From Thermoplasmata archaeon (GTDB lineage: Archaea > Thermoplasmatota > Thermoplasmata > Thermoplasmatales > ARK-15): 64,000 nt of DNA. Every line of letters starts with the position of its first letter. Within the stretch, counting starts at the first letter, position 1. The DNA lies in the NCBI GenBank assembly GCA_038729465.1, contig JAVYRZ010000006.1, positions 1,697 to 65,696 on the forward strand. Reading direction: 5' to 3'. Positions 38,933 to 47,830 of the stretch are shown here, one piece after another. Both the position numbers and the translations under genes were made by a program. The notes beneath the pieces are model-generated. The model was given only the letters and a program-made list of their open reading frames with translations. It was not told where the DNA came from and ran no database searches.

Positions 38933-40069
38933 ATGTTAGATATTGTTTTGTGCATAGATCGTGACGATGATATAGGTAGAAAAACCGGCCTTCATGGGCC
39001 ATTTATTGGCCGTGATATTAATCTGAAAGTTGCTAATGCGCTGGGATTGGCAGATCCTGAAGACTCTGATACGAATGCAATATATGGGGCAATATCTACA
39101 TATGATGCTTTGAAAAACGAAGGTAACGATGTAGAGGTTGTGACAATATGCGGGGATGTATCAGTGGGAATAAAATCTGACAATATCATATCTGCGCAGC
39201 TAGATTCTGTATTTTCACAGCTTAAACCATCTGGAGTTATTTTGGTTAGCGACGGCGTTGAAGACGAATTTATTATGCCACTTATAACATCAAGAGTTAC
39301 AGTAAAACACTTGAAAAGAATAATTGTAAGGCAGAGCAAGAACCTGGAATCTTCTTATTATATTCTCGTTAAAGCGCTACAGGATGAAAAAATATCAAGA
39401 AAAATAATGATACCTCTAGCATTGATACTTCTTGGATTCAGTGCCGCAATAATATTTATACTTACCTATGCTATAATATATCCAACTGCGAGATTGCCAG
39501 ATCCAGCTACTTTTGCACTGTCCGTTATTACATTGGTGTTAGGAGCTTATCTACTGGCAAAAGGGTTTAAGTTAGGAACAGGCATTAGAAATGGGATACA
39601 TAAAATCAGGCAAAATTTTGTAGAAGCAAAGTTTTCATTTGTAGCTAATGTCATAGCTATATTATTAATAATTGAAGGAATTATATATTCATTTCAGCAG
39701 ACTGCGGTAACAACACAGTTTATTTACAAAGCTTTGATATTTTTGAAGATTTTCGTGCTGTGGAGCTTTGCAGCCGTATTGGTCAGAGAAGGCGGGGCAA
39801 CTTTTGATACATGGTTTCATGATCATAAAGTACCAACTGGATTCTGGGTCGCTACGATAACTGCGGTTGGAGTTACGTTAGCAATCTACGGTTCGCTCTA
39901 TTTCTTTACAGTACAGTTGGGATTTGCATCTGTACAGAACAGTCTCCCGGCAATAATAATCATAGTTATAGGAATAGTACTGGTACTATTTGCAGGTTTA
40001 ATGCATCGAATGTTCAGGTACTATCATTCTCTCAAAGGTGAAGAGGCAGAAATTAATGAACTACACTGA
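38933..40069 (+). CDS. DUF373-family integral membrane protein
   Basis: The N-terminal soluble domain LCIDRDDDIGRKTG...LADPEDSDTNAIYGA matches my memory of DUF373. The C-terminal half has multiple TM helices. Confidence 0.6.
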   Translation: MLDIVLCIDRDDDIGRKTGLHGPFIGRDINLKVANALGLADPEDSDTNAIYGAISTYDALKNEGNDVEVVTICGDVSVGIKSDNIISAQLDSVFSQLKPSGVILVSDGVEDEFIMPLITSRVTVKHLKRIIVRQSKNLESSYYILVKALQDEKISRKIMIPLALILLGFSAAIIFILTYAIIYPTARLPDPATFALSVITLVLGAYLLAKGFKLGTGIRNGIHKIRQNFVEAKFSFVANVIAILLIIEGIIYSFQQTAVTTQFIYKALIFLKIFVLWSFAAVLVREGGATFDTWFHDHKVPTGFWVATITAVGVTLAIYGSLYFFTVQLGFASVQNSLPAIIIIVIGIVLVLFAGLMHRMFRYYHSLKGEEAEINELH

Positions 40070-40715
40070 CTGGAAAAATTATTATTATTTAATACTGAAA
40101 GAGTTTAGGTTTGATGCTCAAAATGATATTAATTCTTCAAAAACATTGAGTGGCATATTAAAAAGTAATTATTTAAAATATGATGACTTGGAGGCCATAC
40201 TTAAAAATAGGGATGTTTTGGTAATTGGTGCATCAAAGACAATGAACATATCTACATCTTTTATAAATAATAAAGTGTTGATATGTGCTGATTCAGCGAT
40301 CTCTAACCTACTTGATAGAAACATTATTCCAGACATCGTGGTTACAGATCTCGATGGCCCAATAAATGATCTAATATATGCTAGTAAAAATGGAGCTATT
40401 ATGGGGGTTCATGCGCACGGAGATAACATAGGCAGACTGGAATTAGTTAGGCATTTTAATATATTATACGGAACTACTCAGGCCGAGCCACTGTCTAATA
40501 TATACAACTTTGGCGGCTTTACTGATGGGGATAGAAGCGTGTTTCTCGCTCATGAATTTAAAAGTAAAAAGATATGGCTTACCGGTTTTGATTTTGACAA
40601 TGTTTCATTTAAAGAGAATTTAAACTTAAATCAAAAAAAGAAAAAGTTAAGGTTTGCACAGTTTCTTATAATGGAACTGAAATATAAATATAAAGCAAAC
40701 ATTTCTTTTTACTGA
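40056..40715 (+). CDS. MptE-like (DUF115) protein, putative 6-hydroxymethylpterin diphosphokinase family
   Basis: The CADSAISNLLDRNIIPDIVVTDLDG motif region is typical of DUF115/MptE. Confidence 0.5.
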   Translation: MNYTDWKNYYYLILKEFRFDAQNDINSSKTLSGILKSNYLKYDDLEAILKNRDVLVIGASKTMNISTSFINNKVLICADSAISNLLDRNIIPDIVVTDLDGPINDLIYASKNGAIMGVHAHGDNIGRLELVRHFNILYGTTQAEPLSNIYNFGGFTDGDRSVFLAHEFKSKKIWLTGFDFDNVSFKENLNLNQKKKKLRFAQFLIMELKYKYKANISFY

Positions 40716-41527
40716 GAAATCATATTATGGAGCGTTCCTATCTTTTCAATAGACAGATCTAATATATCTCCGTTCTTTAGATATACTGGTGGTTTTCTAG
40801 TAAATCCTACGCCCTCAGGTGTACCTGTAAAAATCACATCTCCAGGCTCTAAAGTCAGAACATTGCTTATAAAGTGTATTATATCAGAGATCTTAAAGAT
40901 CATATTTTTGGTGTTAGAACTCTGCATAATTTTTCCATTCAGTTTTGTTTCCAAGTTCAAATTTTGAGGATCACCAATTTCAAATTTATCTACGATCCAA
41001 GGGCCTATAGGCGCAAACGTATCAAAACTCTTGCCTATAAACCACTGATTGTTATACTTAAACTGATGGTCTCTAGCGCTTATATCATTAAATATTGTAT
41101 AGCCTGCAATGTAGTTGTCCACTTCGTCTTTTTCAATGTATTTGCCTTTTTTACCTATTATCGCAGCCAGTTCTATTTCATAGTCAAGCATCGTTACGAT
41201 CTTTGGGGCTATTACAGGATTGCCATGGCCGATCACTGCAGTACTTGCTTTCTGAAAAATGATGGGTGCTTCCGGTGGCTTTTCACCCTGCTCTTTAGCA
41301 TGGCTCTGATAGTTTATACCAACTCCCAGCAGTTTCGATACTTTTAGTGGTGGATCTAGTATCTCCGGTATTGCTTCATATAGATCTCTGCTGTTTTTAA
41401 CCAACGCTTCAAGATCTTTTACATATTCTTCATCAAGTAGTTTGTTAATGCTCACATTTTTTGGCAATGGTACAAAATTGTTTTTAGTAACTGCATATTG
41501 TTTTTTCTTAAAATATGCTAATTTCAT
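40709..41527 (-). CDS. Fumarylacetoacetate hydrolase family protein
   Basis: DYEIELAAIIGK, FNDISARD, KSFDTFAPIGPW and PGDVIFTGTPEGVG motifs. Confidence 0.9.
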   Translation of the reverse strand: MKLAYFKKKQYAVTKNNFVPLPKNVSINKLLDEEYVKDLEALVKNSRDLYEAIPEILDPPLKVSKLLGVGINYQSHAKEQGEKPPEAPIIFQKASTAVIGHGNPVIAPKIVTMLDYEIELAAIIGKKGKYIEKDEVDNYIAGYTIFNDISARDHQFKYNNQWFIGKSFDTFAPIGPWIVDKFEIGDPQNLNLETKLNGKIMQSSNTKNMIFKISDIIHFISNVLTLEPGDVIFTGTPEGVGFTRKPPVYLKNGDILDLSIEKIGTLHNMISQ

Positions 41528-41786
41528 AAGATTGATTAATACAATTATCTATTTGAACTTATAGACATTGCCAAAGTCTATATTGATCTATAAATTTAAT
41601 TTAGAACCTTATTTGCAAATCCTTCCGATCAGTTTTCCGGCAATAACAGCAACATAAAAAATATCCCTTTTTTTAGATACAGATCAACATAGGTAGTTAT
41701 AAATGCTGGATATAAAACACATATAATAAAACTATAGAAATAAAACATGATAAATGCCATAAGATTAGTAGAGAAAGAACGCTATG

Positions 41787-41968
41787 CTGGAAATAAACAG
41801 TTAGATCTCATATATATAATTATAGATAAAAAATCTCAGAAAATGGCCGATTTCTGAGATATTAAAATATAGAAAATACATACTTTAAAAGAATATTTAT
41901 TACAAATGCTTTGTAATATGGAATGAATCTAATGTTAAACAATAATTGATTTAAAGGTTTATTTCTGC
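41787..41968 (-). repeat. Repeat family F2, copy A (core ~182 bp; weaker similarity extends to ~41737)
   Basis: Its reverse complement aligns with 52109-52288 at roughly four-fifths identity by eye. Termini are GCAGAAATAAACC ... GTTTATTTCC (inverted). Internal palindromes are ATTACAAAGCATTTGTAAT and CTCAGAAA-N8-TTTCTGAG. Confidence 0.75.
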
Positions 41969-42016
41969 TATCAAAAGCACAATAAAGCTTATATATTAAA
42001 ATTGAATTGTAAAAAT

Positions 42017-42571
42017 ATGGCAATTTTAGATGAACAAAAAACAAATATTTGGAATATAGACCCTGCGCACACAAACATTGAGTTTTCTGTAAAACATATG
42101 ATGATCTCTTCAGTAAGGGGGAGATTTGAATCATTTCAAGGCAAGCTTTTTGGAAACGTAGACGAAATAGAGAATGGAAATATTGAGATTTTTATAGATT
42201 CAGCCTCAATCTCAACGAAAGAAAAAGATAGAGATAACCATCTTAGATCTCCAGATTTTTTCTATACCGAAAAATATCCAAAAATCAAGTTTATTAGCAG
42301 TAAAATAAAAAAGATTGATAATGATACCTATGATGTTACTGGTGATCTGACAATCAGAGAAATTACAAAACCAGTAACTGTAAGAGCAAAAATAGAAGGA
42401 AAAATTACGGATCCATATGGAAATGAAAGAATCGGAGTTAGTGTAAGTGGCTCTATAAATCGTACAGAATGGAACCTTAAATGGAATTCTATCGTTGAGG
42501 CTGGCGGATTAATGGTTGGAGAGATCGTAAAAATCAATGTAGAGCTTGAAGCTATAAAAACTAAAAAATAA
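42017..42571 (+). CDS. YceI-like (polyisoprenoid-binding) domain protein
   Basis: WNIDPAHTNIEFSVKHMMISSVRGRF and DRDNHLRSPDFF are YceI hallmarks. Start set at the ATG at 42017. Confidence 0.8.
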   Translation: MAILDEQKTNIWNIDPAHTNIEFSVKHMMISSVRGRFESFQGKLFGNVDEIENGNIEIFIDSASISTKEKDRDNHLRSPDFFYTEKYPKIKFISSKIKKIDNDTYDVTGDLTIREITKPVTVRAKIEGKITDPYGNERIGVSVSGSINRTEWNLKWNSIVEAGGLMVGEIVKINVELEAIKTKK

Positions 42572-42592
42572 CAATTTTTATGTAAATAGTTA

Positions 42593-45589
42593 CTATGAAA
42601 TGTTATCTATCGACTGCGCTTCTGGTACTAATAAAATAGGGAATCCAAGTTTTCTTTCCAGTTCTTTATATTGAATTTCATCTATCATTAAACGCCCATA
42701 TTTTTTGCAAAGATCAAGGTTTATCTGCATTACTTTGATCTTTGCTTTGTTCAATTTTATAGAATTCTGCTCTGCAATAATACCATATGATTCCAAAACA
42801 TCTTTCATGCTTTTCACAGTTAATTCTGGAAAAAATGTAGACAGGTATTTAGATATCCTTGTCACGCTTGTGTCTTTTATATCATATAATTTATTTGCAA
42901 TTAAAAATAAGTCTGAGCATATCGATAGAACATCATTTTTAATTTTGAAATCTTTGAGTTTTTCAAACAGACTGGTATTTAATTCAAATATATATGCATC
43001 TTCATTTTTATTATTTAAGCCTAAGTTTTCTGAAAAGTTATTTATAGCATACACTGGTGTATAATCTCTGTATTTTTCAATATCATTTATATTATCGTGA
43101 ACGATCACCAGCGGCTGTTTGCTTATACCCTCACTTTTGAGGTCATTTGGATTGCAAATTAAGCTTTGATTCTCTGAAAATGGCAGAGAACAGATAAAAC
43201 CCTGCTGTGTAAAATATCTGTAAATTTTTAGATTCACATCTCTGTCTCCATGAATCATGCTCATAAACTTTTTTAAGCCAGATTCAGTAAACGTGTAAAA
43301 TAAGCGGTTGTCCTTATTTATAAGCTTGTTCTTTAAACAGTCTTCGACAAGATCATAAAAGTCTTTTTGGTCAATATACTCTCCCTTAATTTTCTGTGCT
43401 CTAGTATTCGATACCCAATATAAACTATGGAAATCTGTATTCTTATTCAAAACTTCCAAATCTAAAAAACTCTGAAATAGCTCAAAATATTCAGCCTCTA
43501 AATTTAAAAATATGGAAGGTAAAGAATCATCTTCAGTGACAAAGACAGAGTTGTAATCTATAATTTTTTTAAAATTCAGGTTATTGCCACCACCTAGTAA
43601 ATCAATATTCACAAGATCATACTGTTCGTCAGTTTTGATATATGCGACAAGCTTAGTTAATTTAGTGAGATCCAGATCTTTGGAGATCATTCCGAATTTC
43701 TCAGAGTCTTCGGCACTTAATTTAAAAAGTGCCAGATTTTTAACATTTGATAGAATACTGCTGAGTAATGTATTACTTATTAAATTTGTGTTGGTAGTTG
43801 ATAAAAATATACTAAGATTCTCTTTTCTACCAGTTACCAGAATGTCTGAAAATGAGAGATTTGAGTATTCGTGAAACTCATCAGCAAACAATATAATCTT
43901 ATCTTTTTCTTTTCTAAACTGGGTATATATCCAAATTTTTGTTAAATAAGCAGATAACAAGAAAGAAGACGCACTAGCACCCACTTTACCGCGTTCTCCA
44001 TTTATCAAGATTATCTTTTTTTTGTTAATACTATCTTCCAAAGAGAATTTAGGAGTTCTAGTACAGACCATACGCCTCAAAACGTTATCTGTTTTTACAT
44101 AGTTCACTATCCTCCTAGTTGAGTTTAAATCTAATGGAGTATAGTTACTGTAATCTTCTATAAAATCCAGTGCGTGAATATTTTTGGTAAGTTTCTTAAA
44201 TATTAATCTAGAATGTTCTCTATTTAGTATGTATGAAATATCTATAAATGTTGATCTGGGAATATCTGTTAATCCGATTATGGTATGCTTTAATATATCT
44301 TCAATCTTTGTGCCTATCAATCCGTTTTCAATGCCTGATTTTGCCTCTGTAACTGATTTCAATGTTAATATTATATCGTCAGTAAGCCTCGAAACAGCAA
44401 TGTCTTTTTCTGAATTTGAATAAACATCCATCAGATTGATTCCGATCGGAGATTCAGTTGGAGCTATGTATACTATATTGCTGAGATATACAGGATCTAT
44501 CTTTGAAATAATATCTTTAACACTGTTTCCCACAGGATCCAAAAATATTAGTGTTGCATCCTTATCCAGCGATTGAAGAAAGGTGTTAATTAAAAACGTA
44601 CTTTTTCCATACCCAGTCTCTCCAAATACTGCAGTATGCTCTCCTTCATTCAAGCTCATATGGATTTTTGAATATTCAAAATTTTTAAACAAACTTTTGC
44701 CAACTATTATATCAAACTTGTTTTTAGACGCAACATATTGTTTGGAAATAGAAAAATAAGAATATGCAAGCCCTGCTTTTTCTAGCATAGAAGTAGGAAA
44801 AATAGTAAACTGGCCAAGTTCTCTGGGAATCATTATCTGCCTTTTAATGATTGACCGTTCAAATTTATGGTTTATAACATTGTTAAAATCTGCATTTTTT
44901 ACAAGGAACCTGTTACCGCCCTTTTCAAAAGCGGTTTTTAAAGATTCTAAAATTGCTGATTCAAGCATATGATATTTCTCCGCTTCTACGGTTACGGTAA
45001 TCTGAACCCTGTATGCTACGTCTGCACACTTTATTTTATATTCATACTGATCTATGAGCTTATTTTGCTCTTTGGTTACAAAATCCTTAACAGGTTCGTA
45101 TTTTTTAGCTCTATTGCTCAGAAAAGGGAACTTAAAATATGTGCTCTGCAACAAAATCTGTATGCATACCTCACTATCACGATCTGATTTTAACAATAAT
45201 CTTACAATATGCTCAAAAACTGAATCTTTACGTTCCATTACTAGAAACGGTTCAAACTCAGATCCTCCTATTTTTAGCTTTTTACATAAATAATGCTTTT
45301 CAGGTGAAAAATAAGGTGCTTCTGAATAGATAAACTGATAATTAAACGATGGATAAAGTATTGTTAATAAATTGAAAAAATGGTTAAATTCTGATGAATC
45401 TTCAAGCCATATATAAAAATTTAATTTGTTTTGTGAAAGATAGAGTTCAAAGCTGAATTTAGATAATACAACATTGTGAAGCGCAGTAAAAAAATGCTCT
45501 GCGTTTTTGAAAAAATCTTGAATATATTCTATATTATCTATTGGAATAATTAACCTGAAATATTTTCCCAACCTATCTGTTTTACGCAT
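42593..45589 (-). CDS. Large (998 aa) FtsK/HerA-superfamily-like P-loop ATPase with unknown N-terminal domain and wHTH-like C-terminal region
   Basis: Walker A is FGETGYGKSTF and Walker B is IILFADEFHEY. About 300 aa of N-terminal and about 350 aa of C-terminal sequence have no motif I recognise. It lies 26 nt downstream of the GGGPS gene on the same strand. Confidence 0.65.
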   Translation of the reverse strand: MRKTDRLGKYFRLIIPIDNIEYIQDFFKNAEHFFTALHNVVLSKFSFELYLSQNKLNFYIWLEDSSEFNHFFNLLTILYPSFNYQFIYSEAPYFSPEKHYLCKKLKIGGSEFEPFLVMERKDSVFEHIVRLLLKSDRDSEVCIQILLQSTYFKFPFLSNRAKKYEPVKDFVTKEQNKLIDQYEYKIKCADVAYRVQITVTVEAEKYHMLESAILESLKTAFEKGGNRFLVKNADFNNVINHKFERSIIKRQIMIPRELGQFTIFPTSMLEKAGLAYSYFSISKQYVASKNKFDIIVGKSLFKNFEYSKIHMSLNEGEHTAVFGETGYGKSTFLINTFLQSLDKDATLIFLDPVGNSVKDIISKIDPVYLSNIVYIAPTESPIGINLMDVYSNSEKDIAVSRLTDDIILTLKSVTEAKSGIENGLIGTKIEDILKHTIIGLTDIPRSTFIDISYILNREHSRLIFKKLTKNIHALDFIEDYSNYTPLDLNSTRRIVNYVKTDNVLRRMVCTRTPKFSLEDSINKKKIILINGERGKVGASASSFLLSAYLTKIWIYTQFRKEKDKIILFADEFHEYSNLSFSDILVTGRKENLSIFLSTTNTNLISNTLLSSILSNVKNLALFKLSAEDSEKFGMISKDLDLTKLTKLVAYIKTDEQYDLVNIDLLGGGNNLNFKKIIDYNSVFVTEDDSLPSIFLNLEAEYFELFQSFLDLEVLNKNTDFHSLYWVSNTRAQKIKGEYIDQKDFYDLVEDCLKNKLINKDNRLFYTFTESGLKKFMSMIHGDRDVNLKIYRYFTQQGFICSLPFSENQSLICNPNDLKSEGISKQPLVIVHDNINDIEKYRDYTPVYAINNFSENLGLNNKNEDAYIFELNTSLFEKLKDFKIKNDVLSICSDLFLIANKLYDIKDTSVTRISKYLSTFFPELTVKSMKDVLESYGIIAEQNSIKLNKAKIKVMQINLDLCKKYGRLMIDEIQYKELERKLGFPILLVPEAQSIDNIS

Positions 45590-45614
45590 TTGCTATCCTC
45601 CCCCAGATATTTAG

Positions 45615-46352
45615 CTATTTTTTAATCTCTTCTATTATCTCCCTCAATAGTGCTTCTACTCCCTTTACCTCTTCGAGGATTGTTCCGGTAACTATTATAT
45701 CTGCTCCAGAAATACAGATCTCTCTGGCAGTAACTGCATTTCTGATCCCACCTCCAACTATAAGAGGAATGGTTATATTCTCTTTTACTGATTTTATCAT
45801 TTGTGGCGAAGCAGACATTGCTGCTCCAGAGCCAGCCTCGATATAAAATAGTTTCATGCCCAGATACTCTGCTGCAATTGCATATTTTACAGCAGTTTCA
45901 ACATCCTCCCTCTTTATAAGCTCTGCCTCGCCAATCCTTCCAACAGTCATGCCAGGCTCGATCACAAGGTAGCCCATAGAGATAGGCTCTATCCCATAAT
46001 CTTTTATTATTTTAGCACCAGCTACCTGTTGCCTGATTACATATTTCAAATTTTTAGAGTTTAGCATACTCATAAAATATATTGCGTCTGCGTATCTGGA
46101 TATTGCTTTCACGCCATTTGGAAATAGAATGATCGGTGTGCTATAGCTCTTTTTTATCTTTAAGATCAAATTGTCAATAGTTTCAGATGTTATGTCTGTA
46201 GAACCGCCAATCATAATTGCGTCTGTGCCTGCGGCTATGCTTTTTTCTGCAAGCTCAAGACTTTTATCTATATTTTGTTTTGCGGGATCTATAAGGACCA
46301 TGTGTAATTTTTCAGATCTCAGTTTATTTTTTATATACTCATAAACTTTCAT
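45615..46352 (-). CDS. Geranylgeranylglyceryl phosphate synthase (PcrB/GGGPS family)
   Basis: TIM-barrel PcrB-like sequence with GGS and VGGGIR phosphate-binding motifs. Overlaps the UbiA-family gene. Confidence 0.8.
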   Translation of the reverse strand: MKVYEYIKNKLRSEKLHMVLIDPAKQNIDKSLELAEKSIAAGTDAIMIGGSTDITSETIDNLILKIKKSYSTPIILFPNGVKAISRYADAIYFMSMLNSKNLKYVIRQQVAGAKIIKDYGIEPISMGYLVIEPGMTVGRIGEAELIKREDVETAVKYAIAAEYLGMKLFYIEAGSGAAMSASPQMIKSVKENITIPLIVGGGIRNAVTAREICISGADIIVTGTILEEVKGVEALLREIIEEIKK

Positions 46353-47164
46353 AAAATGCCACCGATTACATATGATAGCAGGCCAATGATCATCGCATAC
46401 TTTGCAAATGTTTGGCCAGCTCTTGGACTTCTAAACTGTATAATCGCCGCATATAAAAAAATTATGTCTGCAATAATCACAATAATCAAATAATATATTT
46501 TCAAGAGTCCTAATGTGTATGGGATGGGGCTTATGGATATAGCTACAATTAACAATCCTACAGCGATAATGTTTGAGTTCCTTATCCCTATTTTTTTAGG
46601 TAGCGTTTTTCTGTTTATGTCCCCCTTAACATCTTCCACATCTTTTATTATCTCTCGCCCAAGATTAGAAAAAAAGGCCATCAACGCAAAAAAAGTGATA
46701 ATGTATACTTTATCAAACAGAACACCTGCAAAAATGAATAGAGACATTACCAATAGACTGATCACTACATTTCCAGATATTCCTGCATTTTTTAATCTAT
46801 ACTCATAAGAATACAATAAAAGTATTGCGATAACTGTAATAATAATTGCCAGGTAATTTGTAAAAATAGATATTATCAATGCGGCTATAAATACATATAT
46901 TGCCAAGTTCCTGGCGGTAGATCTTTTGATAAGCCCTGAAGGAATAGGTCTTTTTGGATGGTTTATTTTATCCAGATCTGCGTCATAATAATCATTTATG
47001 ATATTTCCTCCAGCAGTGACTAAAAACGTTATTGCAAATCCTATTATGATCAATTGAAAATGTATGTAAAATTCTAATCCATATAATATTATGGCCACAA
47101 CTAAAATAGATACCCCTGACATCAAACAGTTAATAGGTCGAATGATCTTTAAATATGGATTCAT
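46349..47164 (-). CDS. UbiA-family prenyltransferase, digeranylgeranylglyceryl phosphate synthase-like
   Basis: NDYYDADLDKINHPKRPIPSG is the first Asp-rich motif. There are 8-9 TM segments. It is adjacent to GGGPS. Confidence 0.8.
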   Translation of the reverse strand: MNPYLKIIRPINCLMSGVSILVVAIILYGLEFYIHFQLIIIGFAITFLVTAGGNIINDYYDADLDKINHPKRPIPSGLIKRSTARNLAIYVFIAALIISIFTNYLAIIITVIAILLLYSYEYRLKNAGISGNVVISLLVMSLFIFAGVLFDKVYIITFFALMAFFSNLGREIIKDVEDVKGDINRKTLPKKIGIRNSNIIAVGLLIVAISISPIPYTLGLLKIYYLIIVIIADIIFLYAAIIQFRSPRAGQTFAKYAMIIGLLSYVIGGIL

Positions 47165-47253
47165 CTTACGCTCTTAAAAACTTGTAAATATAATAATTTT
47201 GCTATCCTTTAAAATATTATTAATCTCTAAAAATATAAAAATGGATAAACATG

Positions 47254-47817
47254 TTACTTATTAGCATGTTCAAAATAGTACTTGATCTTGGATACACTTT
47301 CAACGATAGTAATCCACTTGAATGCCTCCATTAAATTACTGCCATGTGCAAATGTACCATGACCTTTTACAACAGCAGCCGGATATTCTTGCATAACCTC
47401 TCCTAACCGTTCAGCCAGCTCTACTGAACCCACCGCATCTTTTACTTCAATGACTGGAATCTTATCAAGGTAAAGTTTCCCTTCAATATCTACCGGTATT
47501 ATCTCCTTCTCGATCAAAGATTCAACGATCGCAAATGTAGTATGCGCATGTATTACAGCCATGGAATCTGTATTTAAATATATGGCTCTGTGCCCTTTTG
47601 ACTCTACTGATGCATATTTATATCCTGGGTCTTCTAGATTGTTCAGATCTACTTTTACAATGTCCTCTTCAGTAAGTGCCCCTAACATAGCACCCGTCTT
47701 TTTAATGTACATACTGCCATCAATTCTTACGCTTAGGTTTCCACTGTGACTTGAAGCAACTAGCCCTCGGTCTTCTAACATCTTTCCAATCTTTTTCATT
47801 TCTAAATAATAATTCAT
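47254..47817 (-). CDS. Class II aldolase/adducin N-terminal domain protein
   Basis: GNLSVR, AVIHAHT and KGHGTFAHG motifs. Confidence 0.8.
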   Translation of the reverse strand: MNYYLEMKKIGKMLEDRGLVASSHSGNLSVRIDGSMYIKKTGAMLGALTEEDIVKVDLNNLEDPGYKYASVESKGHRAIYLNTDSMAVIHAHTTFAIVESLIEKEIIPVDIEGKLYLDKIPVIEVKDAVGSVELAERLGEVMQEYPAAVVKGHGTFAHGSNLMEAFKWITIVESVSKIKYYFEHANK

Positions 47818-47830
47818 ACACTACACCTCT

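Noticed and set aside
41862-42134. 90-aa minus-strand ORF spanning F2 copy A and the yceI-like start
   Set aside because: It overlaps a repeat element and the 5' end of a well-supported gene on the other strand, and it has no motif. The equivalent region in F2 copy B has no such ORF.
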